From positions 108,872,001 to 108,936,000 of the forward strand of contig NC_042999.1 of the NCBI RefSeq assembly GCF_006345805.1: a stretch of DNA of 64,000 nt, read 5' to 3'. The notes beneath the pieces were generated by a model. The model searched no databases. It was not told the DNA's origin and was given only the letters and a program-made list of their open reading frames with translations. The translations under genes were made by a program, and so were the position numbers. Shown here piece by piece: positions 48,805 to 59,659 of this stretch (the first letter of the stretch is position 1; every line of letters begins with the position of its first letter). The DNA comes from Octopus sinensis. Lineage: Eukaryota.

Positions 48805-49693
48805 TCATACAGGATAATACTGTCTAATACATTTTATGAATGTCATAAAAGTATTACTGGTGTTGTAACGTCGCCAACAAAATTCATGCAAATATGTTGA
48901 AAACAAATTATCGGACGTTCCATGCATCCTCCGATAATTTGATTTCACGTTACTCCACATCCTTTCCACGGTGTTTGTGTGGATTGAGGCATCGTTGGGA
49001 TCCACAAAGGTGACACTGTGGTTGACAGTGAAATAGTTTGGTAGGCTATTATATGCTCTCCAGGAATCTGTGACAATCTTAGTTCCTGGCAAAACATGGC
49101 GGGTAATAATAGGCAACAATGTTGCTGCACTTCTGTGTTCCACAGGAACTAAGACACATCTCAGTCTTTCCCGTTCAACCATTCCAAAAACCAAATGGCT
49201 TTCTCGATAACTACCACGATATTTTCTGTGCATGAACTTGGATTCGTTGATCTCTACAACATCTTCTCCAAGTTGCACAGGGTGGTCAAAACACCACATA
49301 GCACATCATCGCGGAAGTAATTGTACCAGTTGACAATTGCCTCTGGTCCAATTCCAACTTCACTCATCACAACACTGTTTACATTCAGTTTTCGAGGAGA
49401 CGAGTCAATGGTAGGTGTGAACCCGAGAAAAACGAGTCCTGCCTAATGCTATGAAATTGCCTGCAAACAGTACACCTCCACATTTTCCCATCGGATACTG
49501 TATTGCACGATGCAAGGTGCATCCGCTCATTACAGCATTCCAACGAATTGTGGATCAATCCAACAGATGCCAGGAATTGGTTTGTTGAATCCGCGTTACT
49601 CGTTATGACAAAAATGTCTCGCTGATTGTGAGATCTTTGAGTTATGTCATCAACGGAAAGGACAGATTCAACAATCCTATATCGCCCAGCCAT
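48805..49693 (-). pseudogene. Merlin (DDE_Tnp_IS1595/ISXO2-like) transposase, frameshifted
   Basis: Track ORFs 49385..49693 (Zn-ribbon-like DGKMWRCTVC, SIRQDSFF) and 48805..49299 (VVEINESK, VFGMVER, VLPGTKIVTDSWRAY, VNHSVTFVDP, TNTVERMW) are linked by the out-of-frame segment VMSEVGIGPEAIVNWYNYFRD. The first catalytic D reads N (EINES). Confidence 0.92.
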
Positions 49694-50339
49694 AGTGGAC
49701 GATAATGGAAAAGTATATGATGTAATTGTCTTAACAGGAATTGAAAAAATGTACAGGAGAGTCTGTTGCCAGATGTGTGTATGTGTGTGTCCTTGTGAGT
49801 CTGTGTTTGTGTGTACAGGCGTGTGTGTGCAAAATTTTGTCTGTGCTTGTGTCTGTGTGTGTGAGTGTGTTGTGTGTACAGGCGTGTGTGTGCAAAACGA
49901 AAATAAAATGAAAGATTTTAAGTTCCCACTGTCTCTGCATCCTGATTCATACTAACAAGATTTGAATTACGAGCCTGTATTTATATAATACATTTCAAAA
50001 ACAAATAATATAAACGAAACAGAAAATTAATAAAAACGTATCAATGAATCTGATCATAAAATCGCCAACAAACATAAAAAAAATTAACCGAGAGAAAGAA
50101 AAAGTTAGCAGCAGGAACAAAATTCTAACACTCACAGACACAGATACACACACACACACACACGAAACGCCAACTTCAAAAGAACTTCCCCGATCCAATC
50201 GCGCTCTCTCTGTTTCGCTTGTACGCTGACTTGAAAAAATACCCCCCCCTCCCACATATATAAAAAAAATTAAACTTCTACGGAAAGCGACAGTAACGGG
50301 ACTTGTAACGAAAGATGGCCAGACTTAATCCTTCAAGTT

Positions 50340-51095
50340 GATGCTCCGGCTGTCTGGCAAGAGTTTTGCTTCCCAGCCACATGGTTCCGAGTTCAGTCGC
50401 ACTCAGTGACACTTGAACAAGTGTCTTCTGCTATAGCCACGAGCCGACCAAAACCTTGTGAGTGGAATTGGTAGACAGAAACTGAAAGAAGCCCGCCAAA
50501 TATACTCTTTACTCTTTTACTTGTTTCAGTCATTTGATTGTGGCTATGCTGGAGCACCGTCTTTAGTCGAGCAAATCGACCCCAGGACTTATTCTTTGTA
50601 AGCCTAGTACTTATTCTATCAGACTCGTTTGCCGAACCACTAGATTACGGGGACGTAAATACACCAGCATCGGTTATCAAGCGATGTTGGGAGGACAAAC
50701 ACAGACACACAAACACACACACATATACATATATAAGACGGGCTTCTTACAATTTCCGTCTACCAAATCCACTCACAAGGCTTTGGTCGGCCCGAAGCTA
50801 TATTAAAAGACACTTGCACAAGGTGCCACGCATTGGGACTGAACCCGGGACCATGTGGTTGGTAAGCAAGCTACTTACCACACAGCCACTCCGTATACGT
50901 GTGTCTGTACTCCACTACAGCTTGACAATCAATATTGGTGTGCTTATGTCCCTGTAACTTAGTGGTTCGGCAAAAGCAGTAATAAAATTACCAGGCTTTA
51001 AAAGATAAAAACCGGGATCGATTCGATCAACTAAAATTTCTCAAGACAGTGCCCAGCATAGCCACCATCTAATGACCGAAACAAGTAAAAGATAT
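50340..51095. mobile_element. Cluster of three tRNA-SINE segments (+, -, +)
   Basis: Head at about 50340-50500 (+), full inverted copy at about 50510-50895, tail at about 50915-51095 (+). CpGs largely retained. Confidence 0.85.
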
Positions 51096-51349
51096 ACACA
51101 CGCACAATTTTACAGTTAATTCAATATTGGAAATGCTGTAAGGGAGATAAATGTTGCTTTTCAATTCTTTCCAAATATATTTCTTTAGTCTATATTTAAT
51201 TTTCTTGGTTTTGTGGATACTATCTAGAATCATAGTCAAAATTTAATCGATTCCTTTATGTTTTCTTACATTGATCGTTCATCCTGGTAGAAATAGCTGC
51301 CAAGTCTCCCACAAGACGTGTATTTAAGTTCATATAGACCTATATAAAA

Positions 51350-52518
51350 GGGTGGCCGTAATTAAGTCACAGAGAAAAAGTCACAATTAATTTATGGTGG
51401 CCGGTAATAAAGTCACAGAAAAATGTCACAATGCCATCATATGATGGCATTACATGTATATGAAAAAAAATCACGTTTTGTTCATATCTTAAACACAGTA
51501 AGGTTTTCAAACGAAAATAAGTCAGTCATTTATTGACAGTACATGACATGTACTGATTGAAAACAGCTTACATAATATCGTGGCGTGCTTGTGTGTCACT
51601 GTGTGTGTGTGCTTGTGAGTCTGTTTGTATGAATAGGCGTGTGTGTGCAAAACGAAAATAAAATTAAAGATTTTAAGTTCCAAATGTCTCTGCATCCAAG
51701 GGCATCCTGATTCATACTAACAAGAATTGAATTACGGGCCTGTATTTATATAATACATTTCAAAACAAATAATAAAAACGTATCTATGAATCTGATCATA
51801 AAATCTCAAACTTAAAAAAATAAACCGAGAGAAAGAAAAAGTTAGCAGCAGGAACAAAATTGTAGCACACGCACACACACACACACACGGAACACCAACT
51901 TCAAAAGAACTTTGCACATGAATAGAATAGCTTAGATCTGCACACTTATGAACTATAACCTGAAAGAGTTCTTCGTAGGTGGCACAAGTCTTGTTTGGAA
52001 GAAGAGTGTACACTGAAGTATTACTGAAAGGGACATAGATGATAGATTTTTTTTTTTTTTTTTTTTTAATATTTGGAACCAAAATAAAGTTGTCATCCAT
52101 ATAGAGAGTATCAGCACCAGCAAGGAGTATGGTACCATTGCTGGTACCATACACTAGAATGCGGTTGTTTGCTTTTGGTCCGTTATCACAGAGTAAAGAA
52201 CTCCTCGGGATTAGGACCAACTGTCATAGTATAGTCAGTAGGGAGTTCACCTAAATCTTTTAGCAAACGTGGTACAGGAGTAGACCGCTGGTTCCGCAGA
52301 TTTCGTAACTTATTAATTTACCATCAGTTCTACATATTCCTTTACATAGACTGATCGACGTATTAACCTTAAAGAAGTGAGAACTCGACAGTTAACCTTT
52401 CTGTTAATGAAAGACGCAGAAACAATGGTAAGGTTATCCTGCGTTTTTTTTTTGGGGGGGGGGCGGGAGATTCCTGTTTCTTTTTTTCCTGTGACTTTTT
52501 TTTTTTTTTTTTACCTGG
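51350..52518 (-). mobile_element. Mutator-like (MULE) deletion derivative with transposase fragment at about 51900-52220
   Basis: Left end ggtggcc(g)gtaat.aagtcacag repeats, right end ctgtgacttttt..tacctggattc. Internal LLCDNGPKANNRILVYGT....LAGADTLYMDDNF..VP...VYTLLPNKTCATYEELFQVI fits the MULE domain. Confidence 0.75.
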
Positions 52519-53631
52519 ATTCGTGTAAGAGATCCTTGAATATAGTGGGCTACGTCCATTTTATATAGTTTGTTATTTTGTTTGGCAACTAACGACACAG
52601 GATTAAACAACTATTTCTTTTCTCTTTCTAGTTTTATTACTAATTCGAGGAAAGAGAGTAAAAAGAATTATATATACAAAAGAAACACTTTATTTTTGTT
52701 GTTGCTCCTGAATTTTTTTTTTTTTTGTAGATTTTTCATCTTTTTTTTGCATGTTTATATTTTTTGCGTCACTTAACTAAAAAGTAAATAATAATAAATA
52801 CAAAAAATATTAGTTAGATGTTCTTGTGTGTGTGCGCGCGCGCGCGTTCGCACGTACTCTCTTATACACATATTCTTTTATTTGTTTCAGTCATTTGACA
52901 GCGGCCATGCCGGACCACCGCCTTAAAGGGTTTTAGTCGAAGAAATCGACTCCAGGACTTATTCTTTGAAAGCCTAGTACTTATTCTATCGGCCTCTTTT
53001 GCCGAACCGCTCAGTTGTGGGGTCGTAAATATACTAGCATCGGTTGTCAAGCAATGGCGGGAGGACAAACGCACACACACACAAATAAATAAAAATACAG
53101 TACAGTCGCCACAGCCAGAGATGATGACCAGTCCGAGACCAGCGACACAGAGGAGGTAACCGACGACCCTAGTATCACCACCACAGACAATGACCAAACC
53201 ATTATCGTCGACACCGGTGCCCCACACCATATGTTACCACCGCCGGCAGCATCTACGCCAACCATATGATAAGAGATGAAAGCCACAGCGATAACAACCG
53301 CAGAGATGATCTAGGTAATTTACATAATTTAAAGAAAAATATCTAAAAGAGGCCATTTGAATAACATAGACAAATATATGTCAACATGCAACATACATTC
53401 TTGACTTGTAAAAATTATTCCTGGCTGTAGAGTATGTGGCATAATTACCAAATGGCAATTAAGACCAGCGTCACTAAGAAGCTTACTTCCCAACCAAATG
53501 GTTCCGGGTTCAGTTCCACTGTGTGGCACCTTGGGGAAGTGTCTTCTACTTATAACCTCAGGTTTGAACCATAATGACATCAACACCGGTGATAACAATA
53601 TCCCCAGGCCCAAATAGCTACCTCCCTAGAT

Positions 53632-53968
53632 TGTAAATATATCGGATCTTTGAAACGACGCTTCCGCAACCACCAGTCATCTTACAGAGTCCCTGAAAGA
53701 CGTTTTGTCTCTGGCCAGCCATGTGTGGCACCTCTAAGATCAAGAGAACCCATATGATATCAGATGGAAGATCATAGAACATCCAGGCCCATATATTAAT
53801 GGGAGCACACGATACAAAATCTGCATCGCAGAGAGAACCAAAATTCTTACGAACTATGCTAAGCAGAGCGCGTTAAATAACGGTAAAGAAATTTTTTTAA
53901 AATGTGTTCATTTCAAGCGCTACCTGCTGGAAAACTGGATCTCCCGTTTGCTGGTTATGAGACCGTAA
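53632..53968 (+). pseudogene. Penelope-like element GIY-YIG endonuclease remnant
   Basis: CKYIGSLKRRFRNHQSSY...(fs)ASHVWHL*DQENPYDIRWKII...KICIAERTKI...LNNGKEIFLKCVHFKRYLL fits the PLE pattern YIG..R...H / H.W.L...Y.I.W.I / C..E...I / LN...E...C.H. Confidence 0.8.
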
Positions 53969-54107
53969 AGATTTTGATTATAGCTTCTAATTATCCTCTA
54001 GTCCAAGGGAGATAACTCTCCTCAATAACGTTTTTATAGGTCAGCCATTGGATCTTATCCTAGCGCTTCCTCACGTCCGCGAGGTGAAAAGTAAAATTTT
54101 GTCTTTG

Positions 54108-54152
54108 TATGGAGTCTGATGAGCTATTCACAAAACCATTGGTCACTCTATG
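54108..54152 (+). ncRNA. Minimal type I hammerhead ribozyme, probably inactivated (G12A)
   Basis: Stem I tatggagt/actctatg, core CTGATGA (54116-54122), 1-bp stem II, AAAA in place of GAAA, near-palindromic stem III ccattgg, GUC cleavage triplet (54142-54144). Confidence 0.7.
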
Positions 54153-54458
54153 ACTAGAATTTAACTTTTTGTTTTAACACACACACACACCAGAGTAATC
54201 GCATAAATGTGAAACAAGGTGGAAAAAATAGTACTCGAATACCAGAGGTAGAATAATATGCTTTATTAATAAAGCTGCTAAGATATCACAAAAACTTACT
54301 CAGAGTTTCACGTTCCCACTTGTCGGACAGTTTTGGTTGATATACGACGGGCTTCTTTCAGTTTCATTCTACCAAATCTACTTACAAGGCTTTGGTCAGC
54401 CTGGGGTTATAAATAAAAGGCACTTCCCTAAAGTGCCAGTTTCAAGAGATCTCTCTAT

Positions 54459-54700
54459 TTGAAATTGAGGGGAAAATCATTTGGATCATCAACTGCTAAA
54501 AAGTTAACATATCTTCTAGCCAACGAGTGCATCGACACAAGTGTCCAGAAAGGTGGAGTCCCAAGCTACTTTGGATGCATTGGTACACATCAACGATCAG
54601 CTGTCATTACAGAGGCAAGGAGGAACCACAATTCACTCTCCGTTGTATGGCTAGATTGTGTTAATGCGTCCTCAGGCTCCCTACCAGCTCACTAAAGTGC
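54459..54700 (+). pseudogene. Hero/NeSL (R2-group) reverse transcriptase fragment
   Basis: GKSF...LANECIDTSVQKGGVP...GCIGTH...ITEARRNHNSLSVVWLD.VNA.GSLP.H resembles the R2-group DTSVQKGG.PG..GC.EH...L.VVWLDL.NAFGS.PH signature. Confidence 0.75.
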
Positions 54701-54839
54701 ATTGAAGTACGACCAAGTACCAACAGAAGTAAGAAAGAAAAAAATGTGAGTCTAGTTAGGTATAAACTAAAATTGATACGATTCCTAACTAGACTCAAAT
54801 TTCTTCTTTCTTTATCATAAAGATAAATATATGTATATA

Positions 54840-56150
54840 TAATGAAATTATTGTATACAGTGCTCAGGTGCACCACAACTTGTCAGAAAGTGCATATAAA
54901 GTACATGCAGTAATGTAGAAATGTCTGGAAAGTGAACATGCTTGTGTGTGTATGGAGGGGAGAAAATCAAGTGTAGTGTTGGCGAATCTCAGGAAGCATG
55001 GAACTTTTGAAGGATGCAGTGCTCCGACAACTAACAACCGATGCCAGCAGTTTGTTCCACGCTTCAGCAACTCTCAGCGTGAAAAAATGTTTCCTGAAGT
55101 CATGGGAGCTGTGCTGTTTTCTGACTTTGTAAATATGTCCACGGGTGTTAGATGGGTGGAGTTTGAAGAGGTGCTCAGAGTTATTGTTTGTGCGATGGTT
55201 GATAATTTTATGGGTGTCTTCCAAGTCAGCTGCCAGACGTCGGAGTTTCAATGTGTCCATGCCCAGGGAAGTAAGCCGTTCAGGATATGGCAAATGCCTG
55301 ATGGAAGGTATTCTTTTGGTTGCACGTCGCTGAACAGCTTCCAGACGATTGATGTCCTGGGCAAGATAGGGGTTCCAGACCGGTGATGCAAATTCCAGGT
55401 GAGGTCTTACCATAGCTATATAAAGCCGCAAATAGATAGCCGGAGAGCGGCTCACAAAGGATTTGGTGAGTGATGCCAAGACACCCTCAGCCTTCTTGAC
55501 AATTTTAGCGATTTGTTTTGTCCAACGCAAATCACTGTCGACAATAACACCCAGGTCACGTTCACTTGAAGACTTTTTGAGACTAGTGTTGTGGAGGGAG
55601 TAGGTGGACGCTGGGTTTCTCCTCCCAAAATGCATGGTGGTACATTTGTCCACAGCCAGCTTGAGTTGCCAGTCCATGGTCCACTGCTGCATTGTGTCCA
55701 GGTCTGCTTGCAATAGAGATCCATAGTGTACAGGATTTGACCTCTTTATTTCGAGGTACAGCTTGATGTCATCTGCATATTTCAGCACTGTGGCATTCTT
55801 TAAGTTGGCATCTATGTCATTAACATATGCAACAAATAAAAGGGGGCCAAGAACAGATCCCTGCGGCACACCAGTTGTCATCTCATAGGGCGAAGAGTGC
55901 TGTCCTAGAACTGTGACAACCTCTTTTCGGCCGAAAATAAAGGACTTTAACCAGTTATAGAGCTCGTCTCTTACACCCAACGCAGAAAGCTTCACCATAA
56001 GTCTTTTGTGTGGCACAGAGTTAAAAGCCTTAGCAAAGTCCAGGTAAACAACATCCACCCAGGATCCGCGATCAGTGATTTGGGTAACGTCCTCAAGAAA
56101 CTCAATGAGTTGATTACAGCAGCTGGAGTTAGGAATAAATCCGAAATATG
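54840..56150 (-). mobile_element. 5'-truncated CR1/L2-group LINE with uninterrupted RT frame (ORF 56181->54967)
   Basis: 404-codon open frame with YLDFAKAFNSVPH, GVPQGSVLGPLLF, YADDIKLY, ERDLGVIVD, VRPHLEFASPVWNP and RKHFFTLRVAEAWNKL. No endonuclease or ORF1; short 3' UTR ending in a microsatellite. Confidence 0.93.
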
Positions 56151-56832
56151 AATATCTATACTCTACTATTTTCTTTATCAAGTCCTTTGTAATAATTTTT
56201 CGTTCATACTTCTTGCACTAAAGAGAACAGTGATATATAATTAATTTAATTTAATCTAATTTAATTAATTCAATTATTTCTATTCAACCATGAATTTGCA
56301 TGATCTTAATATCACTGTTCGAAACGATCATCTGCATGAATTAAAAGTCTCTTAAATTCTAACATCTCTTCTCCATTTTAAACAACACTGGAGAACCACA
56401 AGACTATGGCAGAGCTTCTTCGTGGCATTGGCTGGAATATATTACGTCTTAGTTAACTTTAAAAATATTAAAAATACACGTAATGCTACAATTTGTACGT
56501 GTGTCATGTATTGTAAATAAAAGACAATGTTTCGTTTCATTGTTTTAGAAATTTGAATAAAAAGGTGTTTCTTTTTTCACTGATATATAAAGCCATCATA
56601 CATAAATTGTGTACAAATCATGTAATAACTGATTGAAAATATTTTTTGCTTTATTAGTTTGTTTATAATTTTTAAAGAAAGCGTGACACTCCTTCCGAAA
56701 GTCGTTGTGAAAATCTTTGTGCTTTTGACCATAGACCTGTTCTTTCAGGATTGAGATGTGGTTAAACAACTTTTAACAGTTCTCCAATATAATGAGGTAA
56801 TTTGAACTCAGCACATACAGAGATGTCACTAA

Positions 56833-57476
56833 ATATTGGTTTCAAATTTTGGCACAAGGCCAGCAATTTCGGGGAGAAAGTAAATTAATTACATCGATTC
56901 CAATGCTCAACTAGTACTTATTTTATGGAGCGCAGAATGATGAAAGGTAAACTCGACGTCGGCGGAATTTGAACTCAGAACATAAAGATGAACAAAATGC
57001 TGTTAAATATTTTGTCCGGCGTGCTGTCGGTTGTTAGCTCGCCGCTTTGATGTCACTAAACATTGATTTCAAACTTTGGCACAAGGCCAGGGGTGACATC
57101 GACTCCAGCAATCAACTGGTACTTATTTTATCAACCTCGAAAGGATGAAAGACAAAGTCGACCTTGGCGGAATTTGAACTCAGAACGTAGCGGCAGACGA
57201 AATACCGCTAAGCATTTTTCCTCGGCGTGCTAACGATTCTGCCAGATCGTCATTGAATATTGGAAATGCGTTTAGTGCAGCGTTATTACATGTCTTCGCT
57301 ACTCCACAGACAATTATTTTAATGATAACGAATGAAAGTGTAAATTTCCAGTGAAAAATCTTCAAGTTTATAATCAACCATTATTGCACTTTAGGGACAT
57401 GTAAAGCTTGATCTCAAGAACAGTATCTAACAATGACATCAAAATAGCTATTAGATCAAAAGAAACAGTGATATAG

Positions 57477-57571
<95 letters not shown>

Positions 57572-58385
57572 GGGTACAAGGGTACGAACAAGGACAGATA
57601 AACGGATTAAGTCGATTATATCGACCCCAGTGCGTAACTGGTACTTATTTAATCGACCTCGAAAGGATGGAAGACGGATCTTTTCGGTTTGAAAGGCAGT
57701 TTTTTTCTAGCGGTGTCATATGAAATTGTCACCCATAATTATGACCCTAGTATCGATCTATTGCATTTCAATCTGTTTTAGGGTTAGGGTTAGAGTTAGA
57801 GGTGGGGGAAGGGTATCTTTTTTTCTTCACAAATGTAAATAAACCCAATCTGTTTCTTAAACGAGGGATATATTCATACGACACAGAATGTTTTCACCTC
57901 AATAGACGTCATTAATTAGTTGAAATTGCAGAAATTGAAGAAAAAAACAACAAATATCTTACAAACTATAGAATTTTCTCAATAAAGCCAAGAGAAAAAG
58001 ATGATTTATAAACACATTCTACCAGTATACGAAGTTTAAAAGTGTTTAGTTACGTGGAAATTATTTTAAAAAACTGCCGGTCAAACCGAAAAGATCCTGA
58101 AAGACAAAGTCGACCTCGGTGGAATTTGAACTCAGAACGTAGCAGCAGACGAAGTACCTATTTCTTAACTACCCACAAGGGGCTAAACATAGAGGGGACA
58201 AACAAGGACAGACAAACGGATTAAGTCGATTACATCGACCCCAGTGCGTAACTGGTACTTAATTTATCGACCCCGAAAGGATGAAAGGCAAAGTCGACCT
58301 CGGCGGAATTTGAACTCAGAACGTAACGGCAGACGAAATACCGCTAAGCATTTTTCCTCGGCGTGCTAACGATTCTGCCAGATCG
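56833..58385 (-). mobile_element. Head-to-tail cluster of 4 copies (one split by a MITE) of a second tRNA-derived SINE family
   Basis: The reverse strand shows the B-box gagttcaaattcc followed by the central domain gtcgactttgcctttcatcctttcggggtcgataaa...aagtaccag (Meta/Nin-type domain; not verified). Copies at about 56833-57050, 57060-57245, 57580-58150 (split) and 58160-58385. Confidence 0.85.
57676..58097. mobile_element. 422-bp MITE, GG-starting TIRs, 8-bp TSD (Merlin-like)
   Basis: 17-bp perfect TIR ggatcttttcggtttga; TSD tggaagac/tgaaagac; splits a SINE. A related right end lies at about 59280-59487. Confidence 0.88.
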
Positions 58386-58616
58386 TCATTGAATATTGGA
58401 AATGCGTTTAGTGCAGCGTTTATTACATGTCTTCGCTACTCCACAGACAATTATTTTAATGATAACGAATGAAAGTGTAAATTTCCAGTGAAAAATCTTT
58501 CAAGTTTATAATCAACCATTATTGCACTTTAGGGACATGTAAAGCTTGATCTCAAGAACAGTATCTAACAATGACATCAAAATAGCTATTAGATCAAAAG
58601 AAACAGTGATATAGAT

Positions 58617-58700
<84 letters not shown>

Positions 58701-59659
58701 TTATACATATAAAGAGGGAAAGAAATACACACATACACACAAAGACACACGAATGTTTGTGCATGTATGTATACACACCCGTCTTCGTCATATATATATA
58801 TCAAGGGAGAGAGCGAAAGAAATATACGCAAATATTCAAACATGATATGATACTCTTTGTGAGCCTTCCTTTCATCGTCTGCAATACAAATTCTTTTGTG
58901 ATTATTTCTATCTCTTCAGATTTATCTGTCACTATTTTTATTATCTTACTCTTTCTTCTTTTAGTCTCGCCGACTTTATCTTTTTTTTCCTTTCATCGTA
59001 CAGTCTATTGTTGCATTTGAGAGTTTTAATTGCCGCGTTACTTAGTGTTACTCAAGTCGGTTGTGTGTTGAACTAAACCGAATAAAAGGTTCGGGGTTTC
59101 ATTTCCTCTTATCGGCTTTGGTCAATATTCGTGAACGAAGAAACGTAACATCTGCTAGTTAATAACACTTAAAATACCTACTACGTATACAGATATTAAA
59201 GTTACTAAATTTAAGTCTCAATATTTTTCATTTGATTAAGGTAGAACCGTTAGCCCGCCAGTCAAAATGCAACGGCAGTAATTTTATTCACGCATCATTG
59301 ATTGGTTGAAATTACCGAAATACGACAACTTTAACAAAAGATAACTTCCGAAATACAGAATTTTCTCAGCAACGCCAAGAGTAAAAGATGTTTTATGTGA
59401 CACATTCTACAAGTATACGAAGTTTGAAAGTGTTTAGTTACAAAAAATTACTTTATAAATCTGTCGGTCAAAAGGTAAAGATCCCTACATAGGCCAATAA
59501 ACCTTCATCTCTTTTTTTCTTTTTCTAAGACTGTGATGTAGAGAGAATTTGGTTGCTGTTTCTAGCAATTCCAGTGGCGGCGTGAAGGTTCTCTCGTCGA
59601 GTCGTCAAAATATGAATTGTACATTGAAATATGTTGAAAACTCAATGTATAGGCACAGG

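Larger units (their letters stand above)
46400..50320 (-). mobile_element. Merlin-superfamily DNA transposon with internal insertions
   Basis: 31-bp inverted termini, 28/31 identical (46400-46430 vs 50289-50319), enclose a Merlin transposase pseudogene. No TSD recognised. Confidence 0.65.

Noticed and set aside
46207-51430. GTGACTTTATTACC-type inverted repeats at 46207-46322 and 51350-51430 as TIRs of one large Pack-MULE enclosing the Merlin gene
   Set aside because: Their polarity points outward: 51350 pairs with the 52480-52518 end, so they belong to two separate elements.
52118-52150. Palindrome gtatggtacca-ttgc-tggtaccatac in the MULE fragment
   Set aside because: Most simply a local template-switch mutation in a dead transposase.
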